In this document: positions 9,401 through 24,400 of the stretch, in pieces
How the letters are laid out: each line of letters starts with the position of its first letter
Position numbering within the stretch: the stretch's first letter is position 1
Assembly: GCA_043228905.1 (NCBI GenBank)
Contig: JBHGNT010000014.1
Coordinates: 20,956,001 to 21,020,000, forward strand
Length of the DNA: 64,000 bases
Reading direction: 5' to 3'
From: Azolla caroliniana
Lineage: Eukaryota > Plantae > Polypodiophyta
Notes under the pieces: model-generated
What the model was told of the DNA's origin: nothing
The model's database searches: none
The model's input: only the letters and a program-made list of their open reading frames with translations
Made by a program: the position numbers and the translations under genes

Positions 9401-12400
9401 TGTGAGTAAATTAAAATGGTCATACCTGGCTTGTGTTATATCGGATTATTGTGTTCAAACATGTGAATCGAAGCTAACAACGCTAGCTATGATATAGAAT
9501 TAAAAAATCAAGATTTTGAAACTTAGGTCGAGAGACATGACGAAATTAGCAAATTTTAGGAGGTAGGGGAGAAGACCCCGTGAGTAAATTAAAATGGTCA
9601 TACCTGGCTGGTGTGATATCGGATTTTTGTGTTCAAATATGTGAATCGAAGCTAACAATGCTAGGTATGATATAGAATTAAAAAATAAAGATTTTGAAAC
9701 TGAGGTCGAGAGACATGACGAAATTAGCAAATTTGAGGAGGTTGGGGAGAAGACCCGGTGAGTAAATTAAAATGGTCATACCTGGCTTGTGTGATATCGG
9801 ATTTTTGTGTTCAAACATGCGAATCGAAGCTGACAACGCTAGCTATGATAAAGAATTAAAAAATCGAGATTTCAAAACTCAGGTCGAGAGACGTGACGAA
9901 ATTAGGGTTTATGAGGAGGGAGTTGAGAAAAGCGAGTGAGTAAATTAAAATGTTCATACCTGGCTCGTGTGATATCGGATTTTTGTGTTCAAACATGCGA
10001 ATCGAAGCTAACAACGCTAGCTATGATATAGAATGAAAAAATACAGATTTTGAAACTCAGGTCGAGAGACGTGACCAAATTAACAATTTTGAGGAGGGAG
10101 TTGAGAAGAGCGAGTGAGTAAATTAAAATCGTCATTCCTGGCTCGTGTGATATCAGATTTTTGTGTTCAAACATGCGAAACGAAGCTAACAACGCTAGCT
10201 ATGATATAGAATTAAAAAATGGAGATTCGAAACTCATGTCGAGAAACGTGAGAAAATTAGCAAATTTGAGGAGGGAGTTGAGAAGAGCGAGTGAGTAAAT
10301 TAAAATGTTCATACCTGGCTCGTGTGATATCGGATTTTTGTGTTCAAACATGCGAATCGAAGCTAACAACGCTAGCTATAATATAGAATTAGAAAATCAA
10401 GATTTTGACACTCAGATCGAGAGACATGACAAAATTAGCAAATTTGAGGAGGTAGGGGAGAAGACCCCGTGAGTAAATTAAAATAGTCATACCTGGCTCG
10501 TGTCATATCGGATTTTTGCGTTCAAACATGCGAATCGAAGCTAACAACGCTAGCTATGATATCGAGTTAAAAAATCAAGATTTTGAAACTCAGGTCGAGA
10601 GACATGAAGAAATTAGCAAATTTGAGGAGGGAGTGGAGAAGACCCCGTGAGTAAATTAAAATAGTCATACCTGGCTCGTGTGATATCGGATTTTTGTGTT
10701 CAAACATGCGAATGGAAGCTGACAACGCTAGCTATGAATACAATTAAAAAATCGAGATTTTAAAACTCCGGTTGACAGATATGACGAAATTAGCATATTT
10801 GAGGAGGTAGTGGAGAAGAGCTAGTGAGTAAATTAAAATGTTCATAGCTGGCTCGTGTTATATCGGATTTTTGTGTTCGAGACCCGGTGAGTAAATTAAA
10901 ATGTTCATACCTGGCTCGTGTGATATCGGATTTTTGTGTTCAAACATGCGAATCGAAGCTAACAACGCTAGCTATGATATAGAATTAAGTAATTAAGATT
11001 TTGAAACTCAGATCGAGAGACATGACAAAATTAGCATATTTGAGGAGGGAGTTGAGAAGAGCGAGTGAGTAAATTAAAATGGTCATACCTGGCTCGTTTG
11101 ATATTGGATTATTGAGTTCAAACATTCAAATCGAAGCTAACAACACTAGCTATGATATAGAGTTAAAAAATCAAGATTTTGAAACTCAGGTCGAGAGACA
11201 TGACGAAATTAGCAAATTTGAGGAGGTAGGGGAGAAAACCCCGTGAGAAAATTAAAATGGTCATACCTGGCTTGTGTTATATCGGATTATTGTGTTCAAA
11301 CATGTGAATCGAAGCTAACAACGCTAGCTATGATATAGAATTAAAAAATAAAGATTTTGAAACTCAGGTCGAGAGACATGACGAAATTAGCAAATTTGAG
11401 GAGGTAGGGGAGAAGACCCCGTGAGTAAATTAAAATGGTCATACCTGGCTTGTGTGATATCGGATTTTTGTGTTCACATATGTGAATCGAAGCTAACAAC
11501 GCTAGCTATGATATAGAATTAAAAAATAAAGATTTTGAAACTCAGGTCGAGAGACATGACGAAATTAGCAAATTTGAGGAGGTTGGGGAGAAGACCCGGT
11601 GAGTAAATTAAAACGTTCATACCTGGCTCGTGTGATATCGGATTATTGTGTTCAAACATGCGAATCGAAGCTAACAACTCTAGCTATAATATAGAATTAA
11701 AAAATCAAGATTTTGAAACTCAGATCGAGAGACATGACAAAATTAGCAAATTTGAGGAGGTAGGGGAGAAGAGCGAGTGAGTAAATTAAAATAGTCATAC
11801 CTGGCTCGTGTGATATCGGATTTTTGTGTTCAAATATACGAATCGAAGCTAACAACGCTAGCTATGATATTGAGTTAAAAAATCAAGATTTTGAAACTCA
11901 GGTCGAGAGGCATGAAGAAATTAGAAAATTTGAGGATGGAGTGGAACAGAGCGAGTGAGTAAATTAAAATGGTCATACCTGGCTTGTATGATATCGGATT
12001 ATTGTGTTCAAACATGTGAATTGAAGCTAACAATGCTAGCTATGATATAGAATTAAAAAATCAAGATTTTGAAACTCAGGTCGAGAGACATGACGAAATT
12101 AGCAAATTTGAAGAGGTAGGGGAGAAGACCCCGTGAGTAAATTAAAATGGTCATACCTGGCTTGTGTGATATCGGATTTTTGTGTTCACATATGTGAATC
12201 GAAGCTAACAACGCTAGCTATGATATAGAATTAAAAAATAAAGATTTTGAAACTCAGGTCGAGAGACATGACGAAATTAGCAAATTTGAGGAGGTTGGGG
12301 AGAAGACCCGGTGAGTAAATTAAAATGATCATACCTGGCTCGTGTGATATCGGATTTTTGTGTTCAAACATGCGAATCGAAGCTGACAACGCTAGCTATG

Positions 12401-15400
12401 ATAAAGAATTAAAAAATCGAGATTTCAAAACTCAGGTCGAGAGAAGTGACGAAATTAGCAAATTTGAGGAGGGAGTTGAGAAGAGCGAGTGAGTAAATTA
12501 AAATTGTCATACCTGGCTGGTGTTTTATCGGATTATATAGTTCAAACATGCGAGTCGAAGCTAACAACGCTAGCTATGATATAGAATTAAAAAATCGAGA
12601 TTTTGAAAATCAGGTCGAGAGACATGACGAAATTAGCAAATTTGAGGAGGTAGCGGAGAAGACCCCGTGAGTAAATTAAAATAGTCATACCTGGCTCGTG
12701 TGATATCGGATTTTTGTGTTCAAACATGCGAATAGAAGCTGACAACCCTAGCTATGAATACAATTAAAAAATCGAGATTTTAAAACTCCGGTTGACAGAT
12801 ATGACGAAATTAGCATATTTGAGGAGGTAGTGGACAAGAGCTAGTGAGTAAATTAAAATGTTCATAGCTGGCTCGTGTTATATCGGATTTTTGTGTTCGA
12901 GACCCGGTGAGTAAATTAAAATGTTCATACCTGGCTCGTGTGATATCGGATTTTTGTGTTCAAACATGCGAATCGAAGCTAACAACGCTAGCTATGATAT
13001 AGAATTAAGTAATTAAGATTTTGAAACTCAGATCGAGAGACATGACAAAATTAGCATATTTGAGGAGGGAGTTGAGAAGAGCGAGTGAGTAAATTAAAAT
13101 GGTCATACCTGGCTCGTTTGATATTGGATGATTGAGTTCAAACATTCAAATCGAAGCTAACAACACTAGCTATGATATAGAGTTAAAAAATCAAGATTTT
13201 GAAACTCAGGTCGAGAGACATGACGAAATTAGCAAATTTAAGGAGGTAGGGGAGAAGACCCCGTGAGAAAATTAAAATGGTCATACCTGGCTTGTGACGA
13301 AATTAGCAAATTTGAGGAGGTTGGGGAGAAGACTCGGTGAGTAAATTAAAATGTTCCTACCAGGCTCGTGTGATATCGGATTTTTGTGTTCAAACATGCG
13401 AATCGAAGTTGACAACGCTAGCTATGATATAGAATTAAAAAATCGAGATTTCAAAACTCAGGTCGAGAGACGTGACGATATAAGCAAATTTGAGGAGGGA
13501 GTTGAAAAGAGCGAGTGAGTAAATTAAAATAGTCATAGCTGGCTCGTGTGATATCGGATTTTTGTGTTCAAATATGTGAATCGAAGCTAACAATGCTAGC
13601 TATGATATAGAATTAAAAAGTTATGATTTTGAAACTCAGGTCGAGAGACAGGACGAAAGTAGCATATTTGAGGAGAGAGTTGAGAAGAGCGCGTGAGTAA
13701 ATTAAAATGGTCATATCTGGCTTGTGTGATATCGGATTTTTGTGTTCAAACATGCGAATCGAAGCTGACAACGCTAGCTCTGATAAAGAATTAAAAAATC
13801 GAGATTTCAAAACTCAGGTCGAGAGACGTGACGAAATTAGCAAATTTGAGGAGGGAGTTGAGAAGAGCGAGTGAGTAAATTAAAATGTTCATACCTGGCT
13901 CGTGTGATATCGGATTTTTGTGTTCAAACATGCGAATCGAAGCTAACAACGCTAGCTGTGATATATAATGGAAAATACAGATTTTGAAACTCAGGTCGAG
14001 AGACGTGACAAAATTAGCAAATTTGAGGAGGGAGTTGAGAAGAGTGAGTGAGTAAATTAAAATCGTCATACCTGGCTCGTGTGATATCGGATTTTTGTGA
14101 TCAAACATGCGAATTGAAGCTAACAACGCTAGCTATGATATAGAATTAAAAAATGGAGATTTCGAAACTCAGGTCGAGAGACGTGAGGAAATTAGCAAAT
14201 TTGAGGAGGGAGTTGAGAAGAGCGAGTGAGTAAATTAAAATCGTCATACCTGGCTCGTGTGATATCGGATTTTTGTGTTCAAACATGCGAATCGAAGCTA
14301 ACAACGCTAGGTATAATATAGAATTAAAAAATCAAGATTTTGAAACTCAGATCGAGAGACATGACAAAATTAGCAAATTTGAGGAGGTAGGGGAGAAGAC
14401 CCCGTGAGTAAATTAAAATAGTCATACCTGGCTCGTGTGATATCGGATTTTTGCGTTCAAACATACGAATCGAAGCTAACATTGCTAGCTGTGATATCGA
14501 GTTAAAAATTCAAGATTTTGAAACTCAGGTCGAGAGACATGAAGAAACTAGCAAATTTGAGGAGGGAGTGGAGAAGAGCGAGTGAGTAAAATAAAATGGT
14601 CATACCTGGCTTGTATGATATCGGATTATTGTTTTCAAACATGTGAATTGAAGCTAACAACGCTAGCTATGATATAGAATTAAAAAATCAAGATTTTGAA
14701 ACTCAGGTCGAGAGACATGACGAAATTAGCAAATTTGAGGAGGTAGGGGAGAAGACCCCGTGAGTAAATTAAAATGGTCATACCTGGCTGGTGTGATATC
14801 AGATTTTTGTGTTCAAATATGTGAATCGAAGCTAACAACGCTAGATATGATATAGAATTAAAAAATAAAGATTTTGAAACTGAGGTCGAGAGACATGACG
14901 AAATTAGCAAATTTGAGGAGGTTGGGGAGAAGACCCGGTGAGTAAATTAAAATGTTCATACCTGGTTTGTGTGATATCGGATTTTTGTGTTCAAACATGC
15001 GAATCGAAGCTGACAACGCTAGCTATGATAAAGAATTAAAAAATCGAGATTTCAAAACTCAGGTCGAGAGACGTGACGAAATTAGCAAATTTGAGGAGGG
15101 AGTTGAGAAGAGCGAGTGAGTAAATTAAAATGTTCAAACCTGGCTCGTGTGATATCGGATTTTTGTGTTCAAACATGCGAATCGAAGCTAACAACGCTAG
15201 CTGTGATATATAATGGAAAATACAGATTTTGAAACTCAGGTCGAGAGACGTGACAAAATTAGCAAATTTGAGGAGGGAGTTGAGAAGAGTGAGTGAGTAA
15301 ATTAAAATCGTCATACCTGGCTCGTGTGATATCGGATTTTTGTGATCAAACATGCGAATTGAAGCTAACAACGCTAGCTATGATATAGAATTAAAAAATG

Positions 15401-18400
15401 GAGATTTCGAAACTCAGGTCGAGAGACGTGAGGAAATTAGCAAATTTGAGGAGGGTGTTGAGAAGAGCGAGTGAGTAAATTAAAATCGTCATACCTGGCT
15501 CGTGTGATATCGGATTTTTGTGTTCAAACATGCGAATCGAAGCTAACAACGCTAGCTATAATATAGAATTAAAAAATCAAGATTTTGAAACTCAGATCGA
15601 GAGACATGACAAAATTAGCAAATTTGAGGAGGTAGGGGAGAAGACCCCGTGAGGAAATTAAAATAGTCATACCTGGCTCGTGTGATATCGGATTTTTGCG
15701 TTCAAACATACGAATCGAAGCTAACATTGCTAGCTGTGATATCGAGTTAAAAATTCAAGATTTTGAAACTCAGGTCGAGAGACATGAAGAAATTAGCAAA
15801 TTTGAGGAGGGAGTGGAGAAGAGCGAGTGAGTAAAATAAAATGGTCATACCTGGCTTGTATGATATCGGATTATTGTTTTCAAACATGTGAATTGAAGCT
15901 AACAACGCTAGCTATGATATAGAATTAAAAAATCAAGATTTTGAAACTCAGGTCGAGAGACATGACGAAATTAGCAAATTTGAGGAGGTAGGGGAGAAGA
16001 CCCCGTGAGTAAATTAAAATGGTCATACCTGGCTGGTGTGATATCAGCTTTTTGTGTTCAAATATGTGAATCGAAGCTAACAACGCTAGCTATGATATAG
16101 AATTAAAAAATAAAGATTTTGAAACTGAGGTCGAGAGACATGACGAAATTAGCAAATTTGAGGAGGTTGGGGAGAAGACCCGGCGAGTAAATTAAAATGT
16201 TCATACCTGGTTTGTGTGATATCGGATTTTTGTGTTCAAACATGCGAATCGAAGCTGACAACGCTAGCTATGATAAAGAATTAAAAAATCGAGATTTCAA
16301 AACTCAGGTCGAGAGACGTGAGGAAATTAGCAAATTTGAGGAGGTTGGGGAGAAGACCCGGTGAGTAAATTAAAATGGTCATACCTGGCTTGTGTGATAT
16401 CGGATTATTGTGTTCAAACATGCGAATCGAAGCTAACAACGCTAGCTGTGATATATAATGGAAAATACAGATTTTGAAAATCAGGTCGAGAGACGTGACA
16501 AAATTAGCAAATTTGAGGAGGTAGCGGAGAATACCCCGTGAGTAAATTAAAATAGTCATACCTGGCTCGTGTGATATCGGATTTTTGTGTTCAAACATGC
16601 GAATAGAAGCTGACAACGCTAGCTATGAATACAATTATAAAATCGAGATTTTAAAACTCCGGTTGACAGATATGACGAAATTAGCATATTTGAGGAGGTA
16701 GTGGACAAGAGCTAGTGAGTAAATTAAAATGTTCATAGCTGGCTCGTGTTATATCGGATTTTTGTGTTCGAGACCCGGTGAGTAAATTAAAATGTTCATA
16801 CCTGGCTCGTGTGATATCGGATTTTTGTGTTCAAACATGCGAATCGAAGCTAACAACGCTAGCTATGATATAGAATTAAGTAATTAAGATTTTGAAACTC
16901 AGATCGAGAGACATGACAAAATTAGCATATTTGAGGAGGGAGTTGAGAAGAGCGAGTGAGTAAATTAAAATGGTCATACCTGGCTCGTTTGATATTGGAT
17001 GATTGAGTTCAAACATTCAAATCGAAGCTAACAACACTAGCTATGATATAGAGTTAAAAAATCAAGATTTTGAAACTCAGGTCGAGAGACATGACGAAAT
17101 TAGCAAATTTGAGGAGGTAGGGGAGAAGACCCCGTGAGAAAATTAAAATGGTCATACCTGGCTTGTGACGAAATTAGCAAATTTGAGGAGGTTGGGGAGA
17201 AGACTCGGTGAGTAAATTAAAATGTTCCTACCAGGCTCGTGTGATATCGGATTTTTGTGTTCAAACATGCGAATCGAGGTTGACAACGCTAGCTATGATA
17301 TAGAATTAAAAAATCGAGATTTCAAAACTCAGGTCGAGAGACGTGACGATATAAGCAAATTTGAGGAGGGAGTTGAAAAGAGCGAGTGAGTAAATTAAAA
17401 TAGTCATAGCTGGCTCGTGTGATATCGGATTTTTGTGTTCAAATATGTGAATCGAAGCTAACAATGCTAGCTATGATATAGAATTAAAAAGTTATGATTT
17501 TGAAACTCAGGTCGAGAGACAGGACGAAAGTAGCATATTTGAGGAGAGAGTTGAGAAGAGCGCGCGAGTAAATTAAAATGGTCATATCTGGCTTGTGTGA
17601 TATCGGATTTTTGTGTTCAAACATGCGAATCGAAGCTGACAACGCTAGCTCTGATAAAGAATTAAAAAATCGAGATTTCAAAACTCAGGTCGAGAGACGT
17701 GACGAAATTAGCAAATTTGAGGAGGGAGTTGAGAAGAGCGAGTGAGTAAATTAAAATGTTCATACCTGGCTCGTGTGATATCGGATTTTGTGTTCAAACA
17801 TGGGAATCGAAGCTAACAACGCTAGCTGTGATATATAATGGAAAATACAGATTTTGAAACTCAGGTCGAGAGACGTGACAAAATTAGCAAATTTGAGGAG
17901 GGAGTTGAGAAGAGTGAGTGAGTAAATTAAAATCGTCATACCTGGCTCGTGTGATATCGGATTTTTGTGATCAAACATGCGAATTGAAGCTAACAACGCT
18001 AGCTATGATATAGAATTAAAAAATGGAGATTTCGAAACTCAGGTCGAGAGACGTGAGGAAATTAGCAAATTTGAGGAGGGAGTTGAGAAGAGCGAGTGAG
18101 TAAATTAAAATCGTCATACCTGGCTCGTGTGATATCGGATTTTTGTGTTCAAACATGCGAATCGAAGCTAACAACGCTAGCTATAATATAGAATTAAAAA
18201 ATCAAGATTTTGAAACTCAGATCGAGAGACATGACAAAATTAGCAAATTTGAGGAGGTAGGGGAGAAGACCCCGTGAGTAAATTAAAATAGTCATACCTG
18301 GCTCGCGTGATATCAGATTTTTGTGTTCAAACATGCGAATCGAAGCTAACAACGCTAGCTATGATATCGAGTTAAAAAATCGAGATTTTCAAACTCAGGT

Positions 18401-21400
18401 CGAGAGACATGACGAAATTAGCAAATTTGAGCAGTGAGTTGGGAACAGCTAGTTGGTAAATTAAAATGTTCATACCTGGCTCGTGTTATATCGGATTTTT
18501 GTGTTCAAACATGCGAATCGAAGCTAACAACGCTAGCTATGATATAGAATTAAAAAATCAAGATTTTGAAACTCAGATCGAGAGACATGACGAAATTAGC
18601 ATATTTGAGGAGGGGTTTGAGAAGAGCGAGTGAGTAAATTAAAATGTTCATACCTGGCTCGTGTGATCTCGGATTTTTGTGTTCAAACATGCGAATCGAA
18701 GATAACAACGCTGGCTATGATATGGAATTAAAAAATCAATATTTTGAAACTCAGGTCGAGAGACACGACGAAATTACCAAATTTGACGAGTGAGTTGGGA
18801 AAAGCTAGTTGGTAAATTAAAATGTTCATACCTGGCTCGTGTGATATCGGATTTTTGTGTTGAAGCATGCGAATCGAAGCTAACAATGCTTGCTATGATA
18901 TGGAATTAAAAAATCAAGATTTTGAAACTCAGGTCGAGAGACATGACGAAATTACCAAATTTGAGCAGTGAGTTGGGAAGAGCTAGTAGGTAAATTAAAA
19001 TGTTCATACCTGGCTCGTGTGATATCGGATTTTTGTGTTGAAGCATGCAAATCGAAGCTAACAATGCTTGCTATGATATGGAATTAAAAAATCAAGATTT
19101 TGACACTCAGGTCGAGAGACATGACGAAATTACCAAACATGAGGAGGGAGTTCAGAGGAGCCCTTGAGTAAATTAAAATGTTCATACCTGGCTCGTGTGA
19201 TATCGGATTTTTGTGTTCAAGCATGCGAATCGAAGCTAACAACGCTAGCTATGATATAGAATTAAAAAATAAAGATTTTGAAACTGAGGTCGAGAGACAT
19301 GACGAAATTAGCAAATTTGAAGAGGTTGGGGAGAAGACCCGGCGAGTAAATTAAAATGTTCATACCTGGTTTGTGTGATATCGGATTTTTGTGTTCAAAC
19401 ATGCGAATCGAAGCTGACAACGCTAGCTATGATAAAGAATTAAAAAATCGAGATTTCAAAACTCAGGTCGAGAGACGTGACGAAATTAGCAAATTTGAGG
19501 AGGTTGGGGAAAAGACCCGGTGAGTAAATTAAAATAGTCATACCTGGCTTGTGTGATATCGGATTATTGTGTTCAAACATGCGAATTGAAGCTAACAACG
19601 CTAGCTATAATATAGAATTAAAAAATCAAGATTTTGAAACTCAGATCGAGAGACATGACAAAATTAGCAAATTTGAGGAGGTAGGGGAGAAGACCCCGTG
19701 AGTAAATTAAAATAGTCATACCTGGCTCGTGTGATATCAGATTTTTGCGTTCAAACATGCGAATCGAAGCTAACAACGCTAGCTATGATATCGAGTTAAA
19801 AAATCAAGATTTTGAAACTCAGGTCGAGAGACATGAAGAAATTAGCAAATTTGAGGAGGGAGTGGAGAAGACCCCGTGAGTAAATTAAAATAGTCATACC
19901 TGGCTCGTGTGATATCGGATTTTTGTGTTCAAACATGCGAATGGAAGCTGACAACGCTAGCTATGAATACAATTAAAAAATCGAGATTTTAAAACTCCGG
20001 TTGACAGATATGACGAAATTAGCATATTTGAGGAGGTAGTGGAGAAGAGCTAGTGAGTAAATTAAAATGTTCATAGCTGGCTCGTGTTATATCGGATTTT
20101 GGTGTTCGAGACCCGGTGAGTAAATTAAAATGTTCATACCTGGCTCGTGTGATATCGGATTTTTGTGTTCAAACATGCGAATCGAAGCTAACAACGCTAG
20201 CTATGATATAGAATTAAGTAATTAAGATTTTGAAACTCAGGTCGAGAGACATGACGAAATTAGCAAATTTGAGGAGGTAGGGGAGAAGACCCCGTGAGTA
20301 AATTAAAATGGTCATACCTGGCTGGTGTGATATCAGATTTTTGTGTTCAAATATGTGAATCGAAGCTAACAACGCTAGATATGATATAGAATTAAAAAAT
20401 AAAGATTTTGAAACTGAGGTCGAGAGACATGACGAAATTAGCAAATTTGAGGAGGTTGGGGAGAAGACCCGGTGAGTAAATTAAAATGTTCATACCTGGT
20501 TTGTGTGATATCGGATTTTTGTGTTCAAACATGCGAATCGAAGCTGACAACGCTAGCTATGATAAAGAATTAAAAAATCGAGATTTCAAAACTCAGGTCG
20601 AGAGACGTGACGAAATTAGCAAATTTGAGGAGGGAGTTGAGAAGAGCGAGTGAGTAAATTAAAATGTTCATACCTGGCTCGTGTGATATCGGATTTTTGT
20701 GTTCAAACATGCGAATCGAAGCTAACAACGCTAGCTGTGATATATAATGGAAAATACAGATTTTGAAACTCAGGTCGAGAGACGTGACAAAATTAGCAAA
20801 TTTGAGGAGGGAGTTGAGAAGAGTGAGTGAGTAAATTAAAATCGTCATACCTAGCTCGTGTGATATCGGATTTTTGTGATCAAACATGCGAATTGAAGCT
20901 AACAACGCGAGCTATGATATAGAATTAAAAAATGGAGATTTCGAAACTCAGGTCGAGAGACGTGAGGAAATTAGCAAATTTGAGGAGGGAGTTGAGAAGA
21001 GCGAGTGAGTAAATTAAAATCGTCATACCTGGCTCGTGTGATATCGGATTTTTGTGTTCAAACATGCGAATCGAAGCTAACAACGCTAGCTATAATATAG
21101 AATTAAAAAATCAAGATTTTGAAACTCAGATCGAGAGACATGACAAAATTAGCAAATTTAAGGAGGTAGGGGAGAAGACCCCGTGAGTAAATTAAAATAG
21201 TCATACCTGGCTCGTGTGATATCGGATTTTTGCGTTCAAACATACGAATCGAAGCTAACATTGCTAGCTGTGATATCGAGTTAAAAATTCAAGATTTTGA
21301 AACTCAGGTCGAGAGACATGAAGAAATTAGCAAATTTGAGGAGGGAGTGGAGAAGAGCGAGTGAGTAAAATAAAATGGTCATACCTGGGTTGTATGATAT

Positions 21401-24400
21401 CGGATTATTGTTTTTAAACATGTGAATTGAAGCTAACAACGCTAGCTATGATATAGAATTAAAAAATCAAGATTTTGAAACTCAGGTCGAGAGACATGAC
21501 GAAATTAGCAAATTTGAGGAGGTAGGGGAGAAGACCCCGTGAGGAAATTAAAATGGTCATACCTGGCTGGTGTGATATCAGATTTTTGTGTTCAAATATG
21601 TGAATCGAAGCTAACAACGCTAGCTATGATATAGAATTAAAAAATAAAGATTTTGAAACTGAGGTCGAGAGACATGACGAAATTAGCAAATTTGAGGAGG
21701 TTGGGGAGAAGACCCGGTGAGTAAATTAAAATGTTCATACCTGGTTTGTGTGATATCGGATTTTTGTGTTCAAACATGCGAATCGAAGCTGACAACGCTA
21801 GCTATGATAAAGAATTAAAAAATCGAGATTTCAAAACTCAGGTCGAGAGACGTGACGAAATTAGCAAATTTGAGGAGGGAGTTGAGAAGAGCGAGTGAGT
21901 AAATTAAAATGTTCAAACCTGGCTCGTGTGATATCGTATTTTTGTGTTCAAACATGCGAATCGAAGCTAACAACGCTAGCTGTGATATATAATGGAAAAT
22001 ACAGATTTTGAAACTCAGGTCGAGAGACGTGACAAAATTAGCAAATTTGAGGAGGGAGTTGAGAAGAGTGAGTGAGTAAATTAAAATCGTCATACCTGGC
22101 TCGTGTGATATCGGATTTTTGTGATCAAACATGCGAATTGAAGCTAACAACGCTAGCTATGATATAGAATTAAAAAATGGAGATTTCGAAACTCAGGTCG
22201 AGAGACGTGAGGAAATTAGCAAATTTGAGGAGGGTGTTGAGAAGAGCGAGTGAGTAAATTAAAATCGTCATACCTGGCTCGTGTGATATCGGATTTTTGT
22301 GTTCAAACATGCGAATCGAAGCTAACAACGCTAGCTATAATATAGAATTAAAAAATCAAGATTTTGAATGTCAGATCGAGAGACATGACAAAATTAGCAA
22401 ATTTGAGGAGGTAGGGGAGAAGACCCCGTGAGTAAATTAAAATAGTCATACCTGGCTCGTGTGATATCGGATTTTTGCGTTCAAACATACGAATCGAAGC
22501 TAACATTGCTAGCTGTGATATCGAGTTAAAAATTCAAGATTTTGAAACTCAGGTCGAGAGACATGAAGAAATTAGCAAATTTGAGGAGGGAGTGGAGAAG
22601 AGCGAGTGAGTAAAATAAAATGGTCATACCTGGCTTGTATGATATCGGATTATTGTTTTCAAACATGTGAATTGAAGCTAACAACGCTAGCTATGATATA
22701 GAATTAAAAAATCAAGATTTTGAAACTCAGGTCGAGAGACATGACGAAATTAGCAAATTTGAGGAGGTAGGGGAGAAGACCCCGTGAGTAAATTAAAATG
22801 GTCATACCTGGCTGGTGTGATATCAGATTTTTGTGTTCAAATATGTGAATCGAAGCTAACAACGCTAGCTATGATATAGAATTAAAAAATAAAGATTTTG
22901 AAACTGAGGTCGAGAGACATGACGAAATTAGCAAATTTGAGGAGGTTGGGGAGAAGACCCGGCGAGTAAATTAAAATGTTCATACCTGGTTTGTGTGATA
23001 TCGGATTTTTGTGTTCAAACATGCGAATCGAAGCTGACAACGCTAGCTATGATAAAGAATTAAAAAATCGAGATTTCAAAACTCAGGTCGAGAGACGTGA
23101 GGAAATTAGCAAATTTGAGGAGGTTGGGGAGAAGACCCGGTGAGTAAATTAAAATGGTCATACCTGGCTTGTGTGATCTCGGATTATTGTGTTCAAACAT
23201 GCGAATCGAAGCTAACAACGCTAGCTATAATATAGAATTAAAAAATCAAGATTTTGAAACTCAGATCGAGAGACATGACAAAATTAGCAAATTTGAGGAG
23301 GTAGGGGAGAAGACCCCGTGAGTAAATTAAAATAGTCATACCTGGCTCGTGTGATATCAGATTTTTGCGTTCAAACATGCGAATCGAAGCTAACAACGCT
23401 AGCTATGATATCGAGTTAAAAAATCAAGATTTTGAAACTCAGGTCGAGAGACATGAAGAAATTAGCAAATTTGAGGAGGGAGTGGAGAAGACCCCGTGAG
23501 TAAATTAAAATAGTCATACCTGGCTCGTGTGATATCGGATTTTTGTGTTCAAACATGCGAATGGAAGCTGACAACGCTAGCTATGAATACAATTAAAAAA
23601 TCGAGATTTTAAAACTCCGGTTGACAGATATGACGAAATTAGCATATTTGAGGAGGTAGTGGAGAAGAGCTAGTGAGTAAATTAAAATGTTCATAGCTGG
23701 CTCGTGTTATATCGGATTTTTGTGTTCGAGACCCGGTGAGTAAATTAAAATGTTCATACCTGGCTCGTGTGATATCGGATTTTTGTGTTCAAACATGCGA
23801 ATCGAAGCTAACAACGCTAGCTATGATATAGAATTAAGTAATTAAGATTTTGAAACTCAGATCGAGAGACATGACAAAATTAGCATATTTGAGGAGGGAG
23901 TTGAGAAGAGCGAGTGAGTAAATTAAAATGGTCATACCTGGCTCGTTTGATATTGGATTATTGAGTTCAAACATTCAAATCGAAGCTAACAACACTAGCT
24001 ATGATATAGAGTTAAAAAATCAAGATTTTGAAACTCAGGTCGAGAGACATGACGAAATTAGCAAATTTGAGGAGGTAGGGGAGAAAACCCCGTGAGAAAA
24101 TTAAAATGGTCATACCTGGCTTGTGTTATATCGGATTATTGTGTTCAAACATGTGAATCGAAGCTAACAACGCTAGCTATGATATAGAATTAAAAAATAA
24201 AGATTTTGAAACTCAGATCGAGAGACATGACCAAATTAGCAAATTTGAGGAGGTAGGGGAGAAGAGCGAGTGAGTAAATTAAAATAGTCATACCTGGCTC
24301 GTGTGATATCGGATTTTTGTGTTCAAATATGCGAATCGAAGCTAACAACGCTAGCTATGATATTGAGTTAAAAAATCAAGATTTTGAAACTCAGGTCGAG

